From: Pseudovirgaria hyperparasitica
Lineage: Eukaryota
NCBI GenBank assembly: GCA_010093815.1
Contig: ML996569.1
Reading direction: 5' to 3' (one strand)
Length of the DNA stretch: 64,000 nt
Position numbers and translations under genes: made by a program
Shown here: positions 1 to 11,648 of the stretch, piece after piece
Position numbering within the stretch: the stretch's first letter is position 1
Layout of the letters: each line of letters starts with the position of its first letter
Notes under the pieces: generated by a model
Database searches by the model: none
The model's input: only the letters and a program-made list of their open reading frames with translations
What the model was told of the DNA's origin: nothing

Positions 1-1
1 T

Positions 2-262
2 ACGTCTATCGACCAGTTCATTGCGTCAACAACACCACACTGGACAGACGTCGACTTCCGAGAGGAACATAGAAAAGTACCTGAAGTTGAGCAGATTAAG
101 AATAAGTTGAGGAAGGGCTTAGAGAGGGTACTTACCGCACATGCGGAATACCTGGAGAGCGAGGGTTTAAGTGCACCAGAGATCAAAGCAGCCCGTCAAC
201 TAGTCAGCGCACCATCCTTGGACGAAGCACAAAAAAAGCCTGAGATGCAGCAGGCAAGATAG
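2..262 (+). CDS. 3' end of an unidentified gene truncated by the window edge
   Basis: Frame 2 is open from base 2 to TAG at 260-262 (TSIDQFIASTTPHWTDVDFREEHRKVPEVEQIKNKLRKGLERVL...QQAR*). Composition is protein-like and helical, and an AT-richer stretch follows. Confidence 0.5.
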   Translation, partial: TSIDQFIASTTPHWTDVDFREEHRKVPEVEQIKNKLRKGLERVLTAHAEYLESEGLSAPEIKAARQLVSAPSLDEAQKKPEMQQAR

Positions 263-1496
263 AAATATATGCATTCGCACTCTCCGCGCTGCACACTTCT
301 TGTACTTCTTGCCCTTCGTATGATTCTTTGTGTGCTGGAAAAGAATATGCAGGTCATCGGACTAATTCAACCAAATGCTAGCGTACTGTTATCCGTATAT
401 CCGACCTGTCACCCACGGAACTCTCGAGATTAGCTCCAGCCCCGAACTGTAGTATAAGACCTTCTGCTTATACGTCGCGGATATGGTAACAACAAGGCCT
501 CTCGAGCCCCTCGAAGTCGCTGATCCTGCCTTTTCCTAACTTCGGATTTACGAACGAGCGGCTTAGCTATTCGTCATATTCGTCCATCCGGTATCTCGGT
601 GTCAGTAATCATGTCTGGTTCTAACTATGGGGTACTCCACGTGGTACTGTCTACCCTTTTCGGATATTTAGAAATTCAGGGAGGCGGATACATCATGGAC
701 TACATGTACAAGAAATAACATAAATCGAGCGCTACTCCAGAGTCACAATCCCTCCCATGTGCTCCGGCGCTGTCCTCGCTTGTGCTGGTATGGAAGCTTA
801 TGGGTAGACAGCAGAGTATCACGTTAGGTGGGCTATTGTGGGCACATCGGTGTTCGTCTAACTGTTCGGCATGCAGATACGATGTATACCGAGTGTGTAC
901 ATCTCTTTGCACGGACAAGTACAAAGCTACCTATGAAGGACAGCATACGGAGATCACACGAGCAGGGCCATGACAGCCCAACAGCTCGTTCGAAGCTTCA
1001 CTGCATTGCTTTCTCTACGGTTTGCTCCGTGCCTGTACGATACTCTTGGTTATGGATGGGCCGATAGAGTTCTGGCTTTGACTGGGCTCGTCTTGGCTAA
1101 GTTCAGAGCGAAGTTGGTACGATGGCCTAGCACTCATTTGACACCATAGTCATTTGATCATCCTATGCGAGCGCTTGTGTTGTACAGGACCCGACACTGG
1201 CTTCGTGAGGCATCACTAGTTTCAACTGAAAACTCCCAGCTTGCGGAGCTGACTGCTCTTCGCCTCCTGGGTGACACAAAACCATAGAATACGGGCGAGC
1301 TGGGCTAAGACTGGCTTCTCCCTGGCGATAATTGACTCTTATGGCTTGTTCGACCCGGCTTGGCAGTTCACTTCCGAGGCTCTCGTGGAAGATCTCAGAC
1401 TCAAATCTCTTTATAAATGTATATGTACATATATCTTGCCCGTATCTTGCCCGTAGCGAAACAGATCTGCACAGTCTACTGTTGAGTGGCACTAAG

Positions 1497-2219
1497 ATGG
1501 GTTTCCTCGCCACCACTTCCATGGTCTTATACTTCCTTCATCTCACCACCGCTCAAGCTCCTCGATCCGCCCAGCCCCCATTCTTTCCAGAATACTGCAC
1601 TCTCCCCCTGACTGGTCGCGCCCTTCCCCTCCAACTCAACAACACAGCTCCTCGCACCGTAACATGCATCAGCCCCGGCGCCGCATGCAAACGCAACGCA
1701 GACTGCAACGTACCAGGCGCCCATCCCTCGGTCGAAGAGTGCGGCCAAATCTATCTTGAGCGCAACTACACGACTCTTCTGCGCCCAAACACCATTTGCC
1801 TAGATGGCTTCTGTCGCTACGCAATCCCACGCATCGATGCCGAGCCACGCTCACAACACCGCTGCGGATGTCTCGTAGGATGTCAGGGCACTCCTGGGAA
1901 ACCATACACGTGTATTCAGGGCAATTGCGAGCGTGAGCATTGCGTTGGTTGTGGACAGCGTGCGCCGTATGGGGATGAGGACAGGCAGTGTTGTGGTTAT
2001 GCGATCAAGGACAGTGATGGTATATGCCGATGCAAGACGGGTGTGGAGAACTGCGAGGCGCGTCCGCCTGATGATGGGGGATTGAACCCCTGTGGGCGAC
2101 CATCGTTCTATGACATTTGTTGCTGGGAGGGATCAGAAAGAGAGGGCGAGTGTTGCGATAGGGAAAGTTGCATTGGGAGTGTCTGCTTGCATCAGCCAGC
2201 GTTTGTATCGGGGGCGTAG
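1497..2219 (+). CDS. Secreted cysteine-rich protein (about 240 aa, about 26 Cys), effector-like
   Basis: ATG 1497 lies in ORF 1332-2219. Signal-peptide-like N-terminus MGFLATTSMVLYFLHLTTAQA, many C, CC and CxC motifs, no intron. Confidence 0.75.
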   Translation: MGFLATTSMVLYFLHLTTAQAPRSAQPPFFPEYCTLPLTGRALPLQLNNTAPRTVTCISPGAACKRNADCNVPGAHPSVEECGQIYLERNYTTLLRPNTICLDGFCRYAIPRIDAEPRSQHRCGCLVGCQGTPGKPYTCIQGNCEREHCVGCGQRAPYGDEDRQCCGYAIKDSDGICRCKTGVENCEARPPDDGGLNPCGRPSFYDICCWEGSEREGECCDRESCIGSVCLHQPAFVSGA

Positions 2220-3222
2220 GGAGCAGTGTAAGGATCATGCTTGGGGTCATGACATGCTTTGTTTACAATAGTACACTGTGGAAAAAGCTCAGAATCTGAA
2301 TACCTCTTTACACATTATATTCGTGCGCTCATGTCCCCGAGGCCTGGCGGCGTAACATTGATGCGTCGTCAAAGCAAGCTATATAGTTTGAACATAAGGA
2401 AGTCAGCCTCAATTTCTCTGTCTAACTCAGGTAGATGCTCTGCAATCGCTCCCGTAGAACGCTTTCTCGACTCTTTCATCGTCTTCTCCGAGGCCCCCAA
2501 ATTCCTGCTGTGCGCGTTTCACTATATCGTAATGTCTGAAAGTTAAGTATGAGTCCGATTCCTTCTGATAGAGCACTACTGTCTTGGTTACCAATATTTG
2601 TCTGCTACGCAGATCTCGAGTCGGTTAACCAGGACTTTCATTGATACTTAGCGTCGGTCACCATATTCAGTTTGCGGGGCACATGGATCGATACAAGTCC
2701 ATCCTCCAGCCTAAGGAGCCAGGTCTTGATCAAGCCATGAATACGGTCTCTGAGTAGATTATCGTTCGGTCTCAGGCACTTATGGCTTTTCTGGTGCTGC
2801 ACAATGTCAACTGATCCCAACAGCAAAGCCCACGAATGATCCTTCCATGAATTCTCCTTCATCCCATCAACGATATGACTAACTGGCTACTATAAATCGA
2901 CATCCTATCTGACATGCAGTTTGAGCCTGAGGCAAAGATCCATGTTTGATAGGGAGTAAGGATCACAGTCGAATCTACAAATGCTCCGCTAAGCCGTTTA
3001 TAGACAAGCGGCCAAAACAAGGGACTGGCATCTCGACTCTCTCCCCTCACTGTAACACCACACGTGTCTGCTGTGTTATCATATTATCACATCGTGAGGT
3101 GTTCGGAAGATTATCATCTGCCGTCCGACTTAGACGGAAGGCACGGTAGAAATGTTCGTAACTTCGCTCATCTGTACATGAACGAAGACATTTGCAATCA
3201 TTTCTTCTTGCAACAGTTCACA

Positions 3223-4428
3223 ATGGCGCAGAAAGATCCGTACGACTTGAAATTTGACGAACTTCCTAATCCTATGCGAGTCTGGAAGGGCCCGCCTGGC
3301 AGCCACGAAGAAGCATTAGGAAAAGTGTCGATCCTCACTCCAGATGTAGTCGCCAAAGCTGCCTCTCAGGAGATCAGGACTGGTCGACGTGTGACCGTCA
3401 ATTGGTCCTTGGAACAGCTTGAGTACGCACCGTTCGGTCGAATCCCAGTCAAACACAGTATCATTCCTATACTAGACGGCGATGCCTTCGATGACATCTA
3501 TACCTTCAATCCGCGTACGTCGTGGCGGGATCGCCTTTGGGTTTTTGTGTTCGACTAACGCATTTACAGAGCAGAGCAGTCAGTGGGATGGGCTGCGCCA
3601 CTTTTCACAACCGAAATTTGTTGAAGATGGGCAAAGGAGCGTTGAGCGGGTGTTCTATGGCGGCACGACGAAGACGCAGATCTACAACAGGACCAATTCT
3701 CGACTCGGAATCCAGGCGTGGGCATCTGAAGGGATCGCTGGTAAGGGACATTCCAGTCATCCGACAGAGCCACATCCCTGATGCCTACACAGGTCGTGGT
3801 GTTCTCATTGACTATGCTTGGTGGGCAGAGAAGCAAGGCATCGAGTACAGCACTTTCTCACAGCATCACGTGAAACTATCAGATATCACTCAGATTGCCA
3901 AGGAATGCGACATCATCTTTCAGAGAGGTGACATACTTATTGTCAGAATCGGCATGACAAAGGAATGGAATTCATGGTCTGACCAAGCCAAGCAAGAATA
4001 TGCATCGCAAAGTAACCCATTACACGCTGGTGTGGAGAATTCGATGGACGTCTTACGTTGGATATGGGACACCGGCTTCTCTGCTGTCGCAGGTGATGCA
4101 ATATCTTGGGAAGTCCGCATACCTATTCCGGTCGATCGAAGAAGCTTCCAGTCTGATGTGCCACAGGTCTTCCCGTCTATCAATCCGCCCCTGTTTCTCC
4201 ATGAATACCTGTTAGCTGGCTGGGGCATGCCGATCGGTAAGCATCCCATCCTTCGGAAAACAAATATTCCCCACATTACTCACGTGCGATCTAGGAGAAA
4301 TGTTCGACTTGGAAGCACTTTCGCAGACCTGTCAAGAGCTGGACCGCTGGACTTTCTTTGTTACATCAGCACCACTGAACATGCCAGGAGGTGTATCAAG
4401 CCCACCCAATGCATTGATGATATTCTGA
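3223..4428 (+). CDS. Putative cyclase / kynurenine-formamidase-like metal-dependent hydrolase (4 introns)
   Basis: Motifs spread over ORFs 3064, 3482 and 3522: EIRTGRRV, SSQWDGLRH, GRGVLIDY, GDILIVRIG, FSAVAGDAISWE, LHEYLLAGWGMPIGEMFDL, PLNMPGGVSSPPNA. GT-AG introns with branch sites. TGA 4426-4428. Confidence 0.88.
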
Positions 4429-5238
4429 GCCACCTCAACGCGTGGGGCGTCAAACCTCGTATTATTCAGCCAGGAGATACCTACTATATATGAAAGGCAA
4501 ATCCATGTAAGCAATTCACCGCCGTCTAGTAGCGTTCGGGTCGAAGCGTTGACTTGTCGTGGAGTCATGTCGCATTTCCATGCAATCAGGACTTGGCATA
4601 CCTTGTAATACGGCAGATCATCGCCGAAGTGTCAATGAACGGGGCTGCATTAACCGGACACACAAATCTGCTAGAACATGCAGGTGTTCGACTAGTGAAC
4701 TCCGCAAATGCATACCGCACATACATGAAGTCATCTCTGAAGATAATCGAGAAACAGCAGCCACAGGCTTCAAATCCACTGAAAAATCTTTTCATCCTAG
4801 CAATACATCTAGTAGATATTGCGATTGATACAATGATCCCAAATCCAGGATGCTAAGGACCAATTCGTGCTGTCTGTTATCGATAGACGATCTTTTGTCC
4901 GTCCCTAGAAGCATGCAACGGACTTCAGCACTGTCCGGAGGTGATACCAGGAGAATATCGCCACAAGAGAAACAGGCAGGATGTCCTCTTGCTACTTCCT
5001 TACCGTCGTTACTACAGCTGCTGGTAAGCATTTCCCTTTACGCTACACACCGAGCTGTTCACCTTGCACATCCTCTATCTAGAATGAACACAATCACCAC
5101 TTCATCTAGAGGCTACATTGTACCAAGGTGCATCTTTCATTCACATCATTTGGCTAAGCATCTCATCTTATCCTTCTAGGGACGTGTCGCTCTGCAGAGC
5201 TCCACAATCTTTCGTTCTTTGCATGTTCCAAAGCTATA

Positions 5239-6867
5239 ATGGCGTCTCATCTCCTCTCCAGACAGGGATATGTGACTGGCTTGCAGCCGCCTCCCGGTGT
5301 TGTATCAGACCCGACTCATGCTGAAAAGGGACTATGGAAGGCAAACATTGCTATACAAAGTATATGCCTGCCCATAGTCACAACACTGGTATTTATCCGA
5401 CTGTACACTAAAAGCAAGTGGAGATTTCACCTTGACGATGGTGAGTTGGATCCCATATTGGTTTGACTTTGCTGAGATTTGCTACAGCGGCATGTTTCCT
5501 GGGATGGGTGAGCGTTGCGCCTGGTACCATTGCAAACGCATAGTAACTAAAGTTATACTAGATCGCCGCAGTCGCATACTCTACGACTGCTCTCCTTATG
5601 GCTAAGCATGGCGCCGGTATCCATCAATGGAACGTCTACGAACGAGATATCGTCCCATACACTCGAGTATGTTGCTTTATATGCTTCTATCAGTTACATT
5701 TTCTCATTCTCTTCGCAGCTCGTCTACGTAACCATGATCATATACGGCCCTTGCGCTTTCTTGATTAAGAGCTCAATTCTCCTCTTTTGTGCAAGAATTT
5801 TCCACCCACATCGTAGCGCATGCGTCATCATATACACCTTCATTGGCGTCATGCTCGCATACTATGTACCTGTGCTCGTCATCAAAGCTGTCATATGTCG
5901 ACCGCTGAGTCACTTCTGGGATCCTGCTTCTGCACCGGATGCAAAGTGTTTCAATCAGAGAGTGCTGATCTTATGTGATAGTCTGATGAGTATCATCACA
6001 GACTCTATAATACTTTTGCTCCCACTTCCCCTGGTGAGTAAACTTAAGGTGTCGTTTCGAGAAAAGAGCAAGATTGCCATCATATTTGGGGCTGGTGGAC
6101 TCGCTACTGTGTGCGGTCTCATGCGTATGATCGATATTTCGAGCAATGGTAAAGAGTCAGATACTACCTTTGTATTCACGCGGATAAATCTCTGGGGGTA
6201 TGTTTGTACTTCTCCTTCAATTCTCTCCCTCGTCAATATAAAGCCGGGTCTGACACCAATATGCTTTAGAATTGCCGAAGTAAACATTGGCCTCATTTGT
6301 GCGTGTTTACCTACGATTCAGTACCTGCGGCGACGCTGCAGAGGGTGGCCGGTCTCGCACACAACCTCTCATGGGCGGTCTCCCAACGACATATCATCGA
6401 CGCGTGATTCTGCGCTGCAGTCACCGACGTATGTAATGGACAATATGGCTGCTTCAAAAGCAGTGTATGTTAGGTCAGACTCTGTACCTTCGTCTTCACG
6501 TACAAGCACGAGCGTGACACCGGCACGGAGCCGTAGTATGCTGTCGGTGAGAAATCCGGATCTGCCAATGGATGAGAAATCAGATCTATCGCCTGCTTCG
6601 CCAGACCTCTCACAGCCACCATCAGCATCTTTACCATTCCAGCCAGAGCGCACACTTCACCACCGTAGCTCCTCTATCAGCACTCCACTGACCAGTATCA
6701 CAGAGACAATCGTCCGTGGACCTAGTGTCGGGAGTAGCAGGAGCTATATCAATCCGTTGAACGCCAGCTCATCTAGTCTAGGACAAAGGCAGATTGACGA
6801 GGTAGAGATGGGCGCCGCAATCGTGAAGACTGTTGAGGTCGAGCAGATTGAGTCAGTGGCGGAGTGA
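5239..6867 (+). CDS. Pth11-like (fungal rhodopsin domain) integral membrane protein, no CFEM domain
   Basis: Motifs PPPGVVSDP, FIRLYTK...LDD, G.GIHQWNV, IKSSILL, ICRPLSHFWDP, ITDSIILLLPLPLV, EVNIGLICACLP, then a Ser-rich tail. Several introns, including a 20-nt micro-exon near 5488-5507. Confidence 0.88.
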
Positions 6868-7564
6868 GTGAGTGTATACTGAAACCGATAATATACTAAC
6901 TGACCTTAGGGAACAAGCCTTCGAGCTTGATAGTCCGCAGCTGAATCCGACTGGATGGTTCCGCTTTGGCAATCATTAGTCACATTGTTCGTGCATCTTT
7001 CTCAAATCGTAGGCACTATGATGAAGACCTAGCAGTTGGATCCATCCTGGATCTGGTTTCTAAACATGATCGTCTCACTACTCGATCATTCGTCTTGAAA
7101 GCTCAAATGCTGTCTTATGTTCATGTGATCTTATGCGGCAGACGTTCGTTTGTCGTTCATTGAACTTCCGGGCTCCCACTCAGATGTATAATATACAACA
7201 TGACACATCCACTGTGTCGCACGGAGCACCCGCCCTGAAAAACCACAAGCTCTCCATGTCCCGCACACTGCAATCCAATGGTAGTTCTGTAACCAGCCCG
7301 AACCTGCAGTGTTTATACTTTGCATCTTCAGTAGAGGTGTTTCAGTCTTGATGTCTTGAGGTGGTGGGCGTCCTGAGCCCTTCATTGGCTTGCGCTGCTT
7401 CTGTTAGTAAGGTCATAGTTCTTATCCATGTAGCTAAGATCCAGACTGAGCATACTTTTAACGTGTCTCTTAGTATACCTATCTGTAAAGCCTATGTTGA
7501 GCGATAAATTTCCCCCAAATCGCATACGATCCTAGCCTCTATTCGTTAAGGACGACCTGACGCA

Positions 7565-7599
7565 AGAAAAAAAAGCCAAAAAAAAACACAAAACAAAAA
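7565..7599 (-). terminator. Oligo(T) Pol III terminator after the tRNA-like element
   Basis: Plus-strand A runs (aagaaaaaaaagccaaaaaaaaacacaaaacaaaaa) are T runs on the minus strand immediately 3' of the element. Confidence 0.5.
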
Positions 7600-7600
7600 C

Positions 7601-7698
7601 TGCGGACCGAGGATTGAACCCGGCGACTATACTGCAGAAAACCAGACGAACTGAGTTTTTTTGAAATCCACGTTGTGGGACCACTAGACCATGGCCCC
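7601..7698 (-). tRNA. tRNA-like Pol III element / probable pseudo-tRNA (anticodon ambiguous, UCA or CAA)
   Basis: Minus strand reads GGGGCCA-TGGTCTAGTGGT (A box)...GTGGA-TTTCAAA...TCTGC...CCGGG-TTCAATC-CTCGG (T arm, B box)-TCCGCA, followed by long T runs. The acceptor and D stems do not pair canonically. Confidence 0.55.
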
Positions 7699-8212
7699 GA
7701 AGTGTGGGAACTGAAAGCTACTATCATAGAATTGTTTATAAAGGACGTTGGGTTGGGGGTTTAGGGGAGGGTCTTCGGTTATTTCTTGTCGACCAAGGGA
7801 GAGATGACGACACTGTTTCGGTGAGCAGAGCGGAGCCTTCCGGTGAACAGCGATAGTGTCGCGATAGCTGTCTTTTGGCATGGACACATTGACAGGCATA
7901 GAAAGGTCGCGTTTTCCAACAATCCATTCCGAGCGTGCAGATTCGAGAGATGTCAACAGACGTGAACGCTTATGGTTGTTGAGACATGGTTTCGAAACGT
8001 CCACGAATAAATATTCGGTGTATTTGCGTATATCAGTTACTTGCTGTGTGTGCTATCTATCTATGCTTTCACTGATGTATGTATTCTACGATTTTAACTT
8101 CTTCAACTATACCTTGACACCTGCGCCACATTACTCTCATCCTATGCCATATCGATCATGTTCATCGCGTCTTATCAGCATCCTAATCTCCTTCTTTACC
8201 GCGGTGAGACTT

Positions 8213-9580
8213 TCATGCGAAGTTATTGGTACAGGGAGCAGCTCCAAAAGCAGGCACGGAATTTTTGCCTGAATCGAGTGCTCCAGCTGTCAATGTCACC
8301 TTTGTGAGACTTTGCTTTGCCCCAACAGCCCTGTGCAGAGAGGGCGGTGATGAATCCAATATAGAAGCTTGCTCTTCACTATAATCATGCTTGTTTGTCG
8401 TGTTCTGCAATACTTTGTGATACTCGACTCCTAACCTTCTTTTCTTGGTTACTCTCAAGCCTACCTCTATCATCCGCTTATGCGGTCGTCCATCATGCTG
8501 CAAGACAGCATTGCTCTTTCTTGCCAGAGGAGAGCTAGGCGGGTCTACGTCAGAAGATTCATCGAGGATACAAGCCCCCATGTTTCTCTGCGTGCTGTCT
8601 TGGCTGTGTAGAATGATGCTTGATCCGGGACTTGAGGGCAATGCATTAACAAGCGTGGCATGATCATTGCCTCCCACTGCAGTTGCCCCATATTCAATAT
8701 TCTCTCCATAACTAGCCCTGATACCTGGCCGTTTCCCGTGAAAAGGCAAGGCATCTGCACTCGCATTGCTGGGGGCTGCTGCTGCAATACAGTATATCTC
8801 GGTGTGCCTCGTGTGTTCTTTGCCCAAATCAGCCGCCTTACGCTCTACGAGGCCTAATTCGCGATTAAATGCGTTGATCTCGCTATTGATGGTGCTTTCG
8901 CGAGTTGCGTAGCTGCCGGTAAGGTTGCGTTTGTGGGCGGGCTCCGTTACTGGAAGATCGAGGAAGCCTTCCGCAACTGACCCGGCAGGTGTGTGAGCGA
9001 GCGGAGAGCCTGTCTGACCCTCGGATCGTGTGGGTTGAGTAGCGGCGTTCTGATTCGATGTAGTCCTGACTATAGTGGTAAGCATGGGATTGGCGCTCTT
9101 TGATAAACCGATTTTAGGGGCGCCAAGTGCTTCACAGGCATTCAAGAGGACAGTTTGTATATCTTGGAAACATAGGTCTTGAGCTATACCAGTACTCTCT
9201 GTCTATTGTCAGGACCTTGGTCTTAAGTGAAGGTTTGGACTACGAGATGCAACTCACTTACCTTGAGACTGATGGGTCCGTGGCGGACTGGAACTCCTCT
9301 CTGCTGAAGCTATTGCATTAAAAGCCGAATTCAGACTCGCTCTAGGTGGCGTAGTAGGAATTGCTGTCAGGCGCTTAAGGCTGTTTGTACGGGGCTGAGA
9401 CTTCGAGACAGCGGCTGGCTTCTTGACAATTGCAGACGCATTTACTAATCTCCTTGACTCGCTTTTCGTGGGAGGGTCTATCGCTCCATTTCCTTGCCTC
9501 TGTACAGATCCCAGGAGGGAGTCCATTGTGGTGTAAGACGGCGCAGGTAGAGCTCGGTCGAGAAAGGAAGTGAAGGACAT
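8213..9580 (-). CDS. Hypothetical, largely low-complexity/disordered protein (2 exons)
   Basis: ORF 9254-9580 ends at a GTAAGT donor near 9261. CTGAC branch and CAG acceptor near 9199 join it in frame (…SQ-E-STGIAQDLCFQDIQTVLLNACE…) to ORF 8213-9145. Confidence 0.6.
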
Positions 9581-9905
9581 CCAGCCCGTTCGAATGAGGC
9601 AGGACCAGCAGTACTCACATCTGCACTTACTCGCATAAAGAATTTTGTCATTTGCGAAGGAGAAGTAGATTGACAGTATTCAAGCGCCGCTGTGTTTCAG
9701 ACGTTACATAGGCTGCTCCCTTGTGGATGAAGGATCTGGTGAGCGTGTACAAATGATGGTGTGCAATTTTGCCTTGGAGGGGACAACGGAATTTAGGAAG
9801 GGTAACCTCATCATGGTGGTAATCGGTTCTTGTACAATGAATATATACAGAAAAGACGAGATGCATTACCTCCTTCCACTTGGTTAAATAAGCAGCAGAT
9901 CGATC

Positions 9906-10491
9906 TTATTCGGTCTTACCCTCCTCAGCTGGCACAACTACATCTTTCTCTTCAAGCATCTTTGCAAGGGAACCATCCTGGTGCATAGACATCAGAATAT
10001 CGCAGCCACCCACAAATTCCTTATCAACGTATAATTGCGGGATCGTGGGCCATTCAGAGTATTCCTTGATGCCTACAAAACATCAGCAAATTGTGCCTGA
10101 ATACTGTCCATCACTTTGATATGCTTTACCTTGTCTTAGCTCTTCGTCTTCAAGCACATTGAACGCTGTAAATTTGCTCGGGTCTACTCCTTGCAGTCCT
10201 AGTATTTGGATACTTGCTCTTGAGAACCCGCATTGTGGTGTCTCTGGAGTACCCTTCATGAACAAAACTACTGGCGCTGATCCAACTGCCTTATCAATTG
10301 CTTGCCGTGTTTCTTGTGATAGGAGTCTGATTTGTGCTGGAGTGAGACTGGCTCGAATCGGAGAGGGTCGAATGGCGAAGCTACCCGGTGCGCGTAACGC
10401 CTGACGGACTGCCTGCGTAATGTTAAAACCGTGTTTGAACAGGATGTATGCGGTTAAGACTCACGCCTGTAACAGCTGTGCGCGAAAACAT
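9906..10491 (-). CDS. GRX5: Mitochondrial monothiol glutaredoxin Grx5
   Basis: [49 protein letters not shown]. Arg/Ser-rich presequence from ATG 10491, 2 introns, TAA 9906-9908. Confidence 0.95.
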
Positions 10492-10717
10492 TGTGGCTTT
10501 GTAGGTATTCAGTTGAATTGTAATGGTGAAGAAGACCTCCGAGAAGCTATGACTTTCGCCGCACTGATGATGACATAGCCGTCGTGATTACACACTGGTC
10601 CAGCTCCGAGTTTGCATTATCAACGCACCGCCTCTGCATCCTCCCTAATGTATATTCATGGGATTATGCACCATCTGAATGTCCCTCTGTGATCCATGCG
10701 ATCATCGCCGATAGCTA

Positions 10718-11482
10718 ATGAACATGTCCTCGAACTCACCGCAAGTTAGGCCTGCCAACAAACCCCTCGTCCTTGACGACCAACGACAGCATCTCCTGCT
10801 ATGCGCATCCGGCTCTGTGGCAACAATAAAGATACCATTGATGATCAAAGCACTCTCGGGCTATCCCTACCTGTCTATTCGCCTCATTCTTACTACATCC
10901 GCGGCAGCGTTTCTCGCTGGCCAAGCCGAAGAGCAGCCCTCTCTGTCTGCGATCGCTGAGCTTCCTAATGTCGAGGCAATATATTTGGATGAGGACGAAT
11001 GGGCGAAGCCATGGGTACGAGGCGATAAGATCCTACACATAGAGCTCCGACGGTGGGCAGACATCATGGTTGTTGCACCGCTCAGTGCGAATTCTCTAGC
11101 AAAGGTAGCGGGAGGTATATGCGACAATCTGCTCCTGTCAACGTTCAGAGCGTGGGATACTACAGGGCTGTTGGATTCAGTGACACAGTCGCAAGCTGGT
11201 ATTGTTCCCATAGACACTGTGTCAGCAGATGCATCACAACGAAATAGGAAAATTATAATCGTAGCCCCAGCAATGAACACTGCTATGTGGCTTCATCCAA
11301 TCACGCAGAAGCATGTCAAGCTCCTTCAAGAGGAATGGAGTATCGAACAAGGCGGCTGGATCGAGTTGCTTAAACCAGTCGAGAAGGAGATTGCTTGCGG
11401 TGATGTGGGCATTGGTGGTATGAGAGAATGGAGGGAAATCGTTGAAGTCATAGAGAGTCGCATGAGACTAAAGAACGCATGA
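10718..11482 (+). CDS. Phosphopantothenoylcysteine decarboxylase (HFCD flavoprotein, Hal3/Cab3 family)
   Basis: GSVATIK, LHIELRRWAD, APLSANSLAK, PAMNTAMW, IACGDVGIGGM. Both the catalytic His and Cys motifs are present. Confidence 0.92.
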   Translation: MNMSSNSPQVRPANKPLVLDDQRQHLLLCASGSVATIKIPLMIKALSGYPYLSIRLILTTSAAAFLAGQAEEQPSLSAIAELPNVEAIYLDEDEWAKPWVRGDKILHIELRRWADIMVVAPLSANSLAKVAGGICDNLLLSTFRAWDTTGLLDSVTQSQAGIVPIDTVSADASQRNRKIIIVAPAMNTAMWLHPITQKHVKLLQEEWSIEQGGWIELLKPVEKEIACGDVGIGGMREWREIVEVIESRMRLKNA

Positions 11483-11648
11483 AGCGAAACAAGATAGTTC
11501 AATCTATGGTGTGTATATACATATAACGATCAAAATGGCAGTTCAAGAGACACGAGAACTGCGTACGAGAATATAAATTTAGGAAAGGAAATAACCGCAG
11601 CATCTTCGAGCCACGCACCGCTTCCTCCAGACTCCAACGGAATTCATC

